DNA from: an uncultured Thermoleophilia bacterium
GTDB lineage: Bacteria > Actinomycetota > Thermoleophilia > UBA2241
NCBI GenBank assembly: GCA_963702475.1
Contig: CAVPCT010000002.1
Span: forward strand, 32,001 to 96,000
Length of the DNA: 64,000 bases
Direction of reading: 5' to 3'
A program made the translations under genes and the position numbers. A model generated the notes under the pieces. The model was not told the origin of the DNA, made no database searches, and worked only from the letters and a program-made list of their open reading frames with translations. Below, piece by piece: positions 9,514-18,361 of this stretch; position 1 is the first letter of the stretch; every line of letters begins with the position of its first letter.

Positions 9514-10452
9514 TCAGACGGCCCTGAGCCACTCCTCGTAGTCCGGATGGGCGGCGTTGCGCTCCATGCGGTGGATGCGGTCCATGCCGTACTGGAAGAA
9601 GTCGAAGTCGAGCTTGCTGAGCGTGGCCTGGATCATCGCCCAGATGCTCCACCACAGGTCGGCGACCAGCTTGTGCAGCATCATGCGCGCGTAACGGTGC
9701 TCGTCCCAGCCGCCGCAGTACTGCTCGAGGACGGCCTTCTCTTCGGCCTCGGTGAGCGGCGTCTCCACGCAGAAGTCACCGAGGTCGAAGTACGGGTCGG
9801 TCATGCCGCCGTACTCCCAGTCGATGACCCACATCTTGCCATCGAGGGCGAGGATGAAGTTCTCGCTGAGCAGGTCGTTGTGGCAGGCGGTGAAGGCCGG
9901 CGCGTCACGCTTCATGGCCTCCTCGATGCGCGCGCCCTGTTCCAGCATCCAGTCGGTCTCCGCAGGGCGCGGCGCGCTCACGTCCTCGGCCATGCGCAGG
10001 TACTCGCGGATCATGTCGAACACGCGGATCTCGTTGGTGAAGACGGCCCTGTCGTGGTAGGTGCGCATGGCCGCGACGATCTTCTGGAGACGGTCGGCGT
10101 GTCCGGCGATGGATTCCGGGTGCATGGTCTCGCCCTCGATGAAGGGCACCACGGTGCAGTCGCCGGGCTGGAGGACGTGCAGGAGCGGCGGCGTGACGCC
10201 GGCCGCCGCCGCGGCGCGGTGGTTGCTGAGCTCGCGCGCGCGGTCGATGAACGTGTCGGTGCCCTCGCCGGGGATGCGCACGACGTACTTGCCGGCGCCG
10301 GGCGTTCCCGGCTCGCCGAGTACCGTGACCACGTAGTTGCGGTTGGTGATGCCGCCGCCGAGCTCCTGGCAGAGGACGTCCTTGTCCTGCCACTCCTCGA
10401 TGCGGGCGATGACCTCCTCGACGCTGATGGGCGCGCTGGCGGAGTCTGTCAT
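9514..10452 (-). CDS. Choline/ethanolamine kinase-like phosphotransferase (APH family)
   Basis: LGGGITNRNY, VVRIPGEGT..IDR, CHNDLLSENF, IDWEYGGM.DPYFDLG motifs. Confidence 0.88.
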   Translation of the reverse strand: MTDSASAPISVEEVIARIEEWQDKDVLCQELGGGITNRNYVVTVLGEPGTPGAGKYVVRIPGEGTDTFIDRARELSNHRAAAAAGVTPPLLHVLQPGDCTVVPFIEGETMHPESIAGHADRLQKIVAAMRTYHDRAVFTNEIRVFDMIREYLRMAEDVSAPRPAETDWMLEQGARIEEAMKRDAPAFTACHNDLLSENFILALDGKMWVIDWEYGGMTDPYFDLGDFCVETPLTEAEEKAVLEQYCGGWDEHRYARMMLHKLVADLWWSIWAMIQATLSKLDFDFFQYGMDRIHRMERNAAHPDYEEWLRAV

Positions 10453-10558
10453 GGTGGTGCCTCGCTGCAGGTAGGGGTCTGGAACGGCGAACGGCCGGGG
10501 CCCTCGCGCTCTGGGGAGCATACCTGCGAGGGCCCCGGCCGTTTCAGGGGGGCTCGGA

Positions 10559-11941
10559 TCAGAGGGCCGGGACCTCGAGGCCCATCTTGGCGAGGTCGGC
10601 GCGCACGTCCTCCATCGCCTTCTGGTACTCGCTGTTCACGATCGCTTTGGTCTTCGCGTCGTAGACCTCCTGGAAGGTCATGCCCTTGTCCGGGTCCTTC
10701 AGCTTGTCCCCGAACAGCGGGAAGAGCTTCTGGGCGATGGGCTCGGCCTCGGCGCGCGTGAGCTTGGCGGCCGCGAGGCCCATCTCGGCGTGGAACTTGT
10801 GGTCGTCCGGCACCAGGGAGTCGGTCTGGACGGCCATGGCCGGGTGGCCGGAGAACACGTTGCCGCCTGAGGTGACGATGGCGAGCAGGTAACAGGCCAT
10901 CTCGTAGTGGTACTGCTTGGTGCCCGAGCCGCCGCCCAGGTACGGCAGGTTGACCATGGGGTAGCCCATGTTGCGGCCGATTGCGGCGTTGCTCATGGCG
11001 ATGGCCCAGATGAGCGGCTTGGTGGACGAGAGGTGCAGCTTGCTGTGCAGCGGCGCGTTGTAGTGGTAGGTGCCGCGGAAGACCAGGTTGCCCATGATCA
11101 TGTAGGCGGTGGCGGTGACGGCCACGCCCTCCGCGCCGCCGGCGTAGCCGCCGAAGAGCGGGGTGGAGGTGGAGCCGATATTGGCGCTGATGCTGTTGTA
11201 GAAGGCGACCTTCTGCAGAGCCTCGTAGCCCACCACCATCTCGCTGAGGAAGTCGATGAGGAAGCCGTCGCTCGGCCGCAGGCCGAACTCAGGGTAGGTG
11301 GCGGCGAACATGCTGGCCGGCTGGGAGGCCGCGGAGATGCCGTTGATGATCGGCAGGCCGGCGCGACCGGAGCGACGGATGCCCTCACGCGCGAGGCGCA
11401 CGGTCTTGCAGGCCGCGAGGATCTCCTGCGGCGAGCGCACGCGCGCGTCCTTGCCGCGCAGGTGCAGGATCGACGGCACGGACACCGAGTCGACGATGGA
11501 GAAGGACGCCATCTTCTCGACGGTGTCCATGTACACCTGCTCGTCGCTGGTGTAGATGCCGCCGCCCACGTGCACCCACGGGCGGTCGTCGGTCGTGTCG
11601 GGCCTGCGCCCGTACATGGTCTTGCGCTCGCGCCCCTCGCCGAAGGTCGCGCCCCTGGGGGCCTGCGAGCAGGCCAGCAGGATCTCTTCCGTGGTGAACT
11701 GCATCACGCGGTTGGTCTCAGGGCAGTAGGCGCCGGCCTCTGCGATGAGGTCCACGGCGGCCTCGAACACGTGGTCGGTGAGGGCGTCGTCGGTGTTGAT
11801 GATGGTCTGTTTGTCCCATTTCACGCCGTGCCGCGCGATGACCTCGCTCAGCTTGGGCACGTAGCGCTTCATGTAGTAGTCCATCTCGGACGTGAGCGGA
11901 CCGGTCTCCGCGCGGTCGAACACCTCGATAAGGTCGATCAT
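10559..11941 (-). CDS. Monomethylamine methyltransferase (MtmB)-family protein lacking pyrrolysine
   Basis: DRAETGP, YCPETNRV.QFTTEEI, SPQEILA, PLFGGYAGG.EG and G.TFQEVYD match MtmB. The Pyl site region (GRPGMGV-O-GP) reads GRAGLPIING and the ORF is uninterrupted (460 aa). Confidence 0.85.
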   Translation of the reverse strand: MIDLIEVFDRAETGPLTSEMDYYMKRYVPKLSEVIARHGVKWDKQTIINTDDALTDHVFEAAVDLIAEAGAYCPETNRVMQFTTEEILLACSQAPRGATFGEGRERKTMYGRRPDTTDDRPWVHVGGGIYTSDEQVYMDTVEKMASFSIVDSVSVPSILHLRGKDARVRSPQEILAACKTVRLAREGIRRSGRAGLPIINGISAASQPASMFAATYPEFGLRPSDGFLIDFLSEMVVGYEALQKVAFYNSISANIGSTSTPLFGGYAGGAEGVAVTATAYMIMGNLVFRGTYHYNAPLHSKLHLSSTKPLIWAIAMSNAAIGRNMGYPMVNLPYLGGGSGTKQYHYEMACYLLAIVTSGGNVFSGHPAMAVQTDSLVPDDHKFHAEMGLAAAKLTRAEAEPIAQKLFPLFGDKLKDPDKGMTFQEVYDAKTKAIVNSEYQKAMEDVRADLAKMGLEVPAL

Positions 11942-11990
11942 GGCTGGCTCCTGTGGTGAGGTTCGCTGGTCAGAAGGCGGGCGTCCGGTG

Positions 11991-12638
11991 TCACACGAGC
12001 TCGCCGGCGATGCGCACGGCGTCGTAGGCGTTGGCCGCCCAGCCGTCGGCGCCGATGCTGTCGGCCCACTCCTGGGTGGTGGCGCCGCCACCGACCATGA
12101 CCTTGAACTTGTCGCGCGTACCCTGGTCCTTGAGGGCGTCGATCACGTCGCGCTGGCCGATGAGTGTGGTGGTGAGGAGCGCCGACATGGCGATGACGTC
12201 CGCGTGCACCTCGTTGGCCTTGTCGACGAACTTGAACAGGTCGACGTCGATGCCCAGGTCGTGCACCTCGTACCCCGAGGTCTCGAAGAGCAGCTTGAGG
12301 ATGTTCTTGCCGATGGAGTGCAGGTCGCCCTTGACGGTGCCCATCACGACGGTGCCCTTCTTGGGGCCCGCGCCGCCGGCCTCCTTGATGAGCGGCTCGA
12401 GCACGCCCATGGCCGCCTGGAAGGCGAGGGCCGCCTGCATGAGCTCGGGCAGGAAGATGTCCTCACACTCGAACTGCTCGCCGATGACGTTGAGGCCCGG
12501 CAGCAGGCCCTTGTCGATGACTTCCTGGGCGCTCATGCCATCGGCGAGGGCCTTGTCCACGGCGGCCAGGACGGCTTCTTCGTCCTGGTCGATGATCGCC
12601 TGCTTGAGCTGGTCGTACATGGCCTCGTTTCCCATCAC
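11991..12638 (-). CDS. Methyltransferase cognate corrinoid protein (second copy)
   Basis: IFLPELM, GTVKGDLHSIGK, SALLTTT, VMVGG; the start may be the ATG at 12635 or 12620. Confidence 0.92.
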   Translation of the reverse strand: MMGNEAMYDQLKQAIIDQDEEAVLAAVDKALADGMSAQEVIDKGLLPGLNVIGEQFECEDIFLPELMQAALAFQAAMGVLEPLIKEAGGAGPKKGTVVMGTVKGDLHSIGKNILKLLFETSGYEVHDLGIDVDLFKFVDKANEVHADVIAMSALLTTTLIGQRDVIDALKDQGTRDKFKVMVGGGATTQEWADSIGADGWAANAYDAVRIAGELV

Positions 12639-12666
12639 TGACTCCTCGTCTCCTTGGGTGGTGTTC

Positions 12667-14109
12667 TCAGTCTTCGTTCCAGACGGCGTCGCCGGCCACG
12701 ATGCCGGGGAACTCCGCGCGGATGCGGGCGTCCAGGTCCTCGTCCCACGCGGACTGGTTGGGCTGCGTGAGGATGCCTCGGGCCACTGCGCGCGCCTTGC
12801 TCTGGGCGTCCGGCCTGCCGGCCCCCTCCCACTGGGCGCGCATGTCGCGGTTCGCCACCTTGGGGAAGAGGGCCGTCGTCTTCATGAGCGACTTCGTGTG
12901 GCGGCTCTTCATGTAGTCGCCACCGGGGCCGACGTCGGCGATGACGTCGAGCGCCAGGTTCTCCTCGCTGTACTCCAGCCCGCGCACGACGCGTTTGTTC
13001 ATCTGCGCGATCTCGTCGTCCACCACGGCCTTGCCGAAGTCGAACGCCATGAGCGAGCTGAACAGGCCGCCCATGTTGAGCAGGGTCGCGCCGGCGAGCA
13101 CCGAGGCAAGGGTGTTCATGCCGGTCTCGTAGCCCGACTGCGCGTCGTTGCTGTGGGCGTTGGTCAGGCCGATATAGCCGCCGGTGGGGACGTTGTAGAA
13201 GCGCCCGAGCTGGGCCTGGGCCATGAAGAGCATGCCGGTCTCGATGGCGCCGGGCGCGTAGGCGCCGGTGCGCATGTCGGCCACTGTGGGCAGGCTCGCG
13301 TAGATGAGCGGCGTGCCCTCCCTGACCATCTGCTGGAACACTGAGATCGCGAGGAACTCCGCGTTGCCGACGACCAGTGTGCCCATGAGCGTCATGGGTG
13401 AGGTGAGGCCGGCGTTGGGGACCACCGTGGTGTACACGGGCAGGCCCTCGCCGGTGAGGTACATCACCGCTTCGGTCGAGTCGACGTCCATGGTGAGCGG
13501 GCTGACCATGGGGCAGTAGTGGTGGTTGATGATCGGCCGCTCGTAGTAGGCCTCCTTGCCGCCGGCGATGAGCTCGCCCAGCGTGAGCACCATGTGGAGG
13601 TCGTCCATGTTGGGCGTGTTGCTGCGCACGGGCTTGAGGCAGTTCTTCAGCGCCGGGTAGAAGCGGCTGAGGCTGAACTGGCCGGGAGGCGCGTCGTCGG
13701 CGAGCGTGGAGATGGAGAAGATGTCGAAGCCCTTGAGCTCGTTGATGAGGTGGGCGATGTTGGCGATGTCGGTGGAGGTGGCGCGGCGCTCGACGCCGGT
13801 GACCGGGTCGACGACGTTGGGCGCCGAGCTGCCGGTGACGACCACGGGGCCACCGTCCGGGATGGTGCGGTCGAACTGTGGGTCGCGCCCGCGGAACGTG
13901 AAGCGCGGCGGGCACAGGCGCATGTAGCGGTCGACCACCTCGGGCGGGAAGGTGACGATGCCCTCGTCCGAGACGGCGCAGCCGTGCGTCTTGAAGACCT
14001 CGCGGGCCTTGGGGTGATGCGCGAGGATACCCACGTTCTCGAGCACCCAGAGGGACGCCTCGTGGACGCGCGCCACCTGCTCTGCGCTGAGCAACTCTGC
14101 GTACTTCAT
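12667..14109 (-). CDS. Trimethylamine methyltransferase (MttB) superfamily protein, non-pyrrolysine (MtgB-like)
   Basis: SPLT, SPMTLMGTLV..NAEFLA, DMRTGA..PGAIE, DAQSGYE, LALDVI..VGPGG. Leu occupies the Pyl-equivalent position (GYIG-L-TNA). Confidence 0.9.
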   Translation of the reverse strand: MKYAELLSAEQVARVHEASLWVLENVGILAHHPKAREVFKTHGCAVSDEGIVTFPPEVVDRYMRLCPPRFTFRGRDPQFDRTIPDGGPVVVTGSSAPNVVDPVTGVERRATSTDIANIAHLINELKGFDIFSISTLADDAPPGQFSLSRFYPALKNCLKPVRSNTPNMDDLHMVLTLGELIAGGKEAYYERPIINHHYCPMVSPLTMDVDSTEAVMYLTGEGLPVYTTVVPNAGLTSPMTLMGTLVVGNAEFLAISVFQQMVREGTPLIYASLPTVADMRTGAYAPGAIETGMLFMAQAQLGRFYNVPTGGYIGLTNAHSNDAQSGYETGMNTLASVLAGATLLNMGGLFSSLMAFDFGKAVVDDEIAQMNKRVVRGLEYSEENLALDVIADVGPGGDYMKSRHTKSLMKTTALFPKVANRDMRAQWEGAGRPDAQSKARAVARGILTQPNQSAWDEDLDARIRAEFPGIVAGDAVWNED

Positions 14110-14151
14110 GTGGACCAGACCCTCCCCTTGCGAGTGATCAGATAGAGACGC

Positions 14152-14934
14152 TCACGCGGACACCACGCGGAGCCCGCGGCGGAGCATCTCGTCGCGCACG
14201 TCGTCGTCGACGTCGTCGACGACGACGGTCTGGACGTCGCTGAGGCCGCAGATGACGAAGTCGCCGACTGCTCCCAGCTTGCTGCGGTCGGCGAGGACGA
14301 CGACCTCACCGCGCGTCTGGCGGATCATGGCGCGCTCCACGCCGGCGATGCCGATGCTGGCGGTGGTGACGCCCTCCTCGAGGCTGAGGCCGTCGGCGCC
14401 CAGGATGAAGCGGGACGCGTGCAGGGTGGAGACGGCCTCGATGGCCATGGGGCCCTCGAGGGTATTGCTGCGCGGCCTGAAGATGCCGCCCAGCATGATG
14501 ACGTCCAGGGACGAGTCCTGGGCGGTGGTGAGGGCGCCCACGTTGCCGGTCACGATGCGCGCGCTGGTCTGCGGGTCGACATGCGCGAGCACCTGCGCGG
14601 CCGTCGTGCCGGAGCCCAGAAAGACGGTCTCACCCGGGGCGATCATGGTGGCGGCGGCACGCGCGATGCGGTCCTTCTCGAGCGTGTGCGTGCGCACGTT
14701 GGTCACGTAGCGCGGCTCCTCCACGATGTGCTGGCGCAGGATAGCGCCGCCGTGGGTGCGCGAGAGCTGGCCGTCGTTCTCCAGCCTCTCGAGGTCGCGG
14801 CGGATGGTCATCTCCGAGACGCCGAGCAGCTCGCTCAGGGCAGAGACACGTACGCCGCGCTGCTCGGCGAGTATCTCCAGGATCCGGCCCTGTCGCTCGG
14901 CCGGGAACATCTCTCGCATGTCGGGCGCCGACAC
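14152..14934 (-). CDS. DeoR/GlpR-family transcriptional regulator
   Basis: VSEMTIRRDL HTH, RTHGGA, FLGSGTT, LADRSKLG. Confidence 0.92.
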   Translation of the reverse strand: MSAPDMREMFPAERQGRILEILAEQRGVRVSALSELLGVSEMTIRRDLERLENDGQLSRTHGGAILRQHIVEEPRYVTNVRTHTLEKDRIARAAATMIAPGETVFLGSGTTAAQVLAHVDPQTSARIVTGNVGALTTAQDSSLDVIMLGGIFRPRSNTLEGPMAIEAVSTLHASRFILGADGLSLEEGVTTASIGIAGVERAMIRQTRGEVVVLADRSKLGAVGDFVICGLSDVQTVVVDDVDDDVRDEMLRRGLRVVSA

Positions 14935-14994
14935 CGTCCCCCCAGGGCTGTTCAATCTTGGTGGAATCGCTCAGATTCGAACGCTTCTGACCGA

Positions 14995-15042
14995 ATCCTA
15001 GACGTGCGAGCGTGAATGTCAAGCGTTCTGACGTGTGCGAGT
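14995..15042 (-). promoter_or_regulatory. Sigma70-type promoter TTGACA-N16-TAGGAT of the deoR-mttB-corrinoid-mtmB-kinase operon, with GTG(T)GCGAG boxes
   Basis: -35 at 15022-15017 and -10 at 15000-14995; boxes at 15004-15010 and 15033-15042. Confidence 0.55.
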
Positions 15043-15187
15043 TTGTGTTCGCCTGAAAGAACCGGCGGGGTGCCGCCGGGCGCGAGTCCGCCGTGCCGTG
15101 AACGAGGACGGGCGGCGGGCCTTGCGGTCCGCCGCCCGTCTCGGGAGGTCCGTGCGGTGCGCGGCGAGGGCCGCGCCCAGGCCGTTC

Positions 15188-16207
15188 TCAGTACTCGGCG
15201 TCCGCCGCCTTCGTCTTGCCCCAGAACGTCTTGTAGATGTACGCGGTGTACACCAGCACGATGGGGCAGAAGATGACCGTCACGATCAGCATCACGGCGA
15301 GCGTCAGCGAGCCGGAGGATGCGTTGGTCACCGTGAGGCTCGTGTCCGGCGGGGTGCCGCGCGCGGGCACCATCGCCGGAAAGTTGCCGACGGCGGCGAT
15401 GCCGGCCAGCCCGATGATGATGACGGCCGACCCGAGGAACGACTTGAGCTCGCCGCCCGGCTTGTACATCTGCCGGATGGTGTAGAGCACGCCGAGCAGG
15501 AAGACGACGAGGAACAGCCACCCGGCCGCGCGACCGAACACGAGGTCGGACGCGCGCGGCACCCAGACGATAGTGGCCACCGACGTGGCGACGGCCAGCA
15601 CCGCGCACGCCCAGAACGACGTACGGCGGTACTTGAGCGCCCGCTCGTGCAGCTCGCCCTCGGACTTGACTGCCAGCCAGGCGGCGCCGTGCTGCGCGAT
15701 GAGGCACAGGCCGGTGACTCCCACCAGCAGGGCGTACGGGTTGAGCAGCTCCCAGAACGTCCCGACGTAGTTGCCCTGCGCGTCCATCGGCACGCCGCGG
15801 ATGACGTTGCCGAGAGCTACGCCCACGAGGAGCGACGGCACGAGGCTGCCGAGGAAGAAGGCGCCGTCCCACACCTTCGCCCAGCTCGTGTCACGGTGGC
15901 GGAACTCGAGCGAGACCGCCCGCAGGATCAGCCCGAAGAGCACGAGCATGATGGCGAGGTAGAAGCCGCTGAACGTCATCGCGTACACCATCGGGAAGGC
16001 GGCGAAGATGGCGCCGGCGCCCGTGATGAGCCACACCTCGTTGCCGTCCCACACGGGGCCGATAGAGGCGCGCACGACGGACCTCTCGGCTTCGCTTCGG
16101 GCGAGGAACGGATAGAGCACACCGGCGCCGAGGTCGAAGCCGTCGAGGATCACGTAGCCGGTGAGCAGGAACGCAACGAGGAAGAACCAGATATTGGGCA
16201 GGGTCAT
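15188..16207 (-). CDS. cydB: Cytochrome bd ubiquinol oxidase subunit II
   Basis: LDGFDLGAG, IGPVWDGNEVWLI, RAVSLEFR. Confidence 0.95.
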   Translation of the reverse strand: MTLPNIWFFLVAFLLTGYVILDGFDLGAGVLYPFLARSEAERSVVRASIGPVWDGNEVWLITGAGAIFAAFPMVYAMTFSGFYLAIMLVLFGLILRAVSLEFRHRDTSWAKVWDGAFFLGSLVPSLLVGVALGNVIRGVPMDAQGNYVGTFWELLNPYALLVGVTGLCLIAQHGAAWLAVKSEGELHERALKYRRTSFWACAVLAVATSVATIVWVPRASDLVFGRAAGWLFLVVFLLGVLYTIRQMYKPGGELKSFLGSAVIIIGLAGIAAVGNFPAMVPARGTPPDTSLTVTNASSGSLTLAVMLIVTVIFCPIVLVYTAYIYKTFWGKTKAADAEY

Positions 16208-16211
16208 CTCG

Positions 16212-17606
16212 TCACCTCCCCGCGCCGGCGGGAGCTGCGGCGGGGCCGCTGCCGGTCTCCGCCGGGGTCTCGAGAGCGGCCTTGTCCGCCTTCAGCATGT
16301 CGGCCACGCCTTCCGGCCCCTTCTTTATGATGCCGACGAAGATGCGTAGCCAGGCGATGAAGAGCACCAGGTAGATGAGGGCGAACAGGCCCAGCGTCGT
16401 CCAGATCTCGCCTGCGGAGACCAGCGGGGAGACGCCGTCGCTCGTGCGCATCAGGTCCTGGACGACCCACGGCTGGCGACCCACCTCGGCCGCCATCCAG
16501 CCCATGTTGATGGCGAGCTCGGCGAGCGGGATACAGATGAGCAGCGCCAGGAGCATCCAGCGCGACGTCTCCAGGCGCTTGAAGATGTGCATCGCGAGGG
16601 CCACGAAGAACACGAGGATGAACAGCCCGCCCAGAGCGATCATGAGGTGGTAGCTCTGGAACGTGAGCTGCGCCGGCGGCCGGTCCGCAGCCGCGACCCG
16701 GTCGAGGCCCGGCACTTCGCGGTTCGGGTCGAGGCCGAGCATCAGGCTCAGGCCGCTCGGGATAGCCAGGCCGGTGGTACTCCCGTCGCTGTTGACCCAG
16801 CCGATGAGGGTGAGCGGCGCGTTGGTCTGCGTCGTCTGGATGTTCTCGAACGCGGCCATTTTCACGGGCTGGTGCTCGGCGACCACCAGGGCGCCCCAGT
16901 GGCCGATGAACGGCATGGCCAGCGAGACCGCCAGGCCCACGCCGAGCGCGATGAACATGAAGTGGCGCGCGAAGACCAGGTGCCGCTTTCTGAGCATGTA
17001 GTAGGCGCACACGCCGGCGGCCACGAAGCAGCCACAGACGATGGCCGCGGCGATCGTGTGGAAGTAGCGTGGTCCCGTGGACGGGTTCAAGGCCGCCGCC
17101 CAGAAGCTCGTGAGGACGGCCTTCCCGTCGACGACCTTGTAGCCTGCCGGCGTCTGCATCCACGAGTTGGCGATGAGGATCCACAGCGCCGAGAGCAGCG
17201 CTCCGATCCACACCAGCCAGGCGGAGATGTAGTAGACGCGCTTGGACACCTTCTTGCGGCCGAACAGCAGGATGCCGAGGAAGGTGGACTCGAGGAAGAA
17301 GGCGATGAGGCCTTCGGCCGCGAGGGGCGCTCCGAAGATATTGCCGACGAAGCGCGAGTAGTTGGACCAGTTCGTGCCGAAGGCGAACTCCATCGTGAGT
17401 CCCGTGGCGACGCCGATGGCAAACGTCGCCGTGAACAGCTTGATCCAGAAGGTGGAGGCTGCCCGATCGGCGGGAATCCCGCTCTTGTAGTAGCGGCGCT
17501 CTGCGAGCACCACCATCAACCCTACGCCGATGCTGATGGGGACGAAGAGAAAGTGATAGCCGACGGTGAACGCGAACTGGATGCGGGCGAGCGTTTCTGC
17601 ATCCAT
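16212..17606 (-). CDS. cydA: Cytochrome bd ubiquinol oxidase subunit I
   Basis: ARIQFAFT..YHFLF, EFAFGTNW, FFLESTF, QPVKMAAFE, EVGRQPW. Confidence 0.95.
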   Translation of the reverse strand: MDAETLARIQFAFTVGYHFLFVPISIGVGLMVVLAERRYYKSGIPADRAASTFWIKLFTATFAIGVATGLTMEFAFGTNWSNYSRFVGNIFGAPLAAEGLIAFFLESTFLGILLFGRKKVSKRVYYISAWLVWIGALLSALWILIANSWMQTPAGYKVVDGKAVLTSFWAAALNPSTGPRYFHTIAAAIVCGCFVAAGVCAYYMLRKRHLVFARHFMFIALGVGLAVSLAMPFIGHWGALVVAEHQPVKMAAFENIQTTQTNAPLTLIGWVNSDGSTTGLAIPSGLSLMLGLDPNREVPGLDRVAAADRPPAQLTFQSYHLMIALGGLFILVFFVALAMHIFKRLETSRWMLLALLICIPLAELAINMGWMAAEVGRQPWVVQDLMRTSDGVSPLVSAGEIWTTLGLFALIYLVLFIAWLRIFVGIIKKGPEGVADMLKADKAALETPAETGSGPAAAPAGAGR

Positions 17607-17885
17607 CCCTGTCCTGCACCTCCTTGGGGCGACTGGCCCGCGCGGCTACCCCTCTGCGTCCGCCAGAACGCGCCCGCGCGGCTGAGCGGCACCATTTTCA
17701 CTGTGCTTATAGTGGTATGTCAATGGCCTGCGGGTTTGGGAATCGGCGGGAGGGTCCACAAGCCGATGAGTAGAAAGTATTAAGCGCAGGTTAAGGGGTC
17801 TGTTCAGTCCTGTATGACTCGTGCTACCATGCCCACGGGCCGGCACCGAACGCCGGCCGTTGTGCTGTCAGGGAGGCTGATTCGT

Positions 17886-18236
17886 TTGTCTGAAGAGTTG
17901 CTCGAATGTACTGAATGCTCGGCCCAGTGCGAGAAGGTCGTGTACCCGGCGTCGTGCCTCAGCATGAACTGCCGGTTCCTCTACGCGTTCAAAGAAGACG
18001 GGCACACGTTCTTCGGCTGTATCGAGAAGGTGTTCCCCCACGAGATCGACCTCAAGATGTTCGAGGACATCGAGCGCGGCAAGGGTGGCTTCGGGGTGGT
18101 CAAGGTCGCACGCACGCCGCTGCCGCAGTGCAACGTCGCGGTGCAGAGCTGCTACGCCTCCGGCGAGGGCCCGCTCTGCCGCAACCTGTACTTCCGCCGT
18201 CGCGACCGTCGCGAGGTGCAGACGGTAGAAGACTGA
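17886..18236 (+). CDS. Small cysteine-rich hypothetical protein (possible metal/Fe-S binding)
   Basis: TTG start after GGAGG; CTECSAQC...C....C...GC...C...C...C; codon usage matches host genes. Confidence 0.7.
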   Translation: MSEELLECTECSAQCEKVVYPASCLSMNCRFLYAFKEDGHTFFGCIEKVFPHEIDLKMFEDIERGKGGFGVVKVARTPLPQCNVAVQSCYASGEGPLCRNLYFRRRDRREVQTVED

Positions 18237-18361
18237 CCGGCGAAGCGGCCCGGTGAAACGCGGCCGCGAGCAGGGATTCTCTGGCGAAACCGCGCTCCGG
18301 CGCGGTTTCGCCGTCTCCGGGGGCTGGTATACTCATGGTTGCGGCCTCCCCGGCCGCCCAT

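Noticed and set aside
1-15200. tRNA-Pyl (pylT) or pylSBCD near the methyltransferases
   Set aside because: I saw no CTCTAAA anticodon loop or cloverleaf in the intergenic regions, and no ORF resembles PylS, PylB, PylC or PylD.
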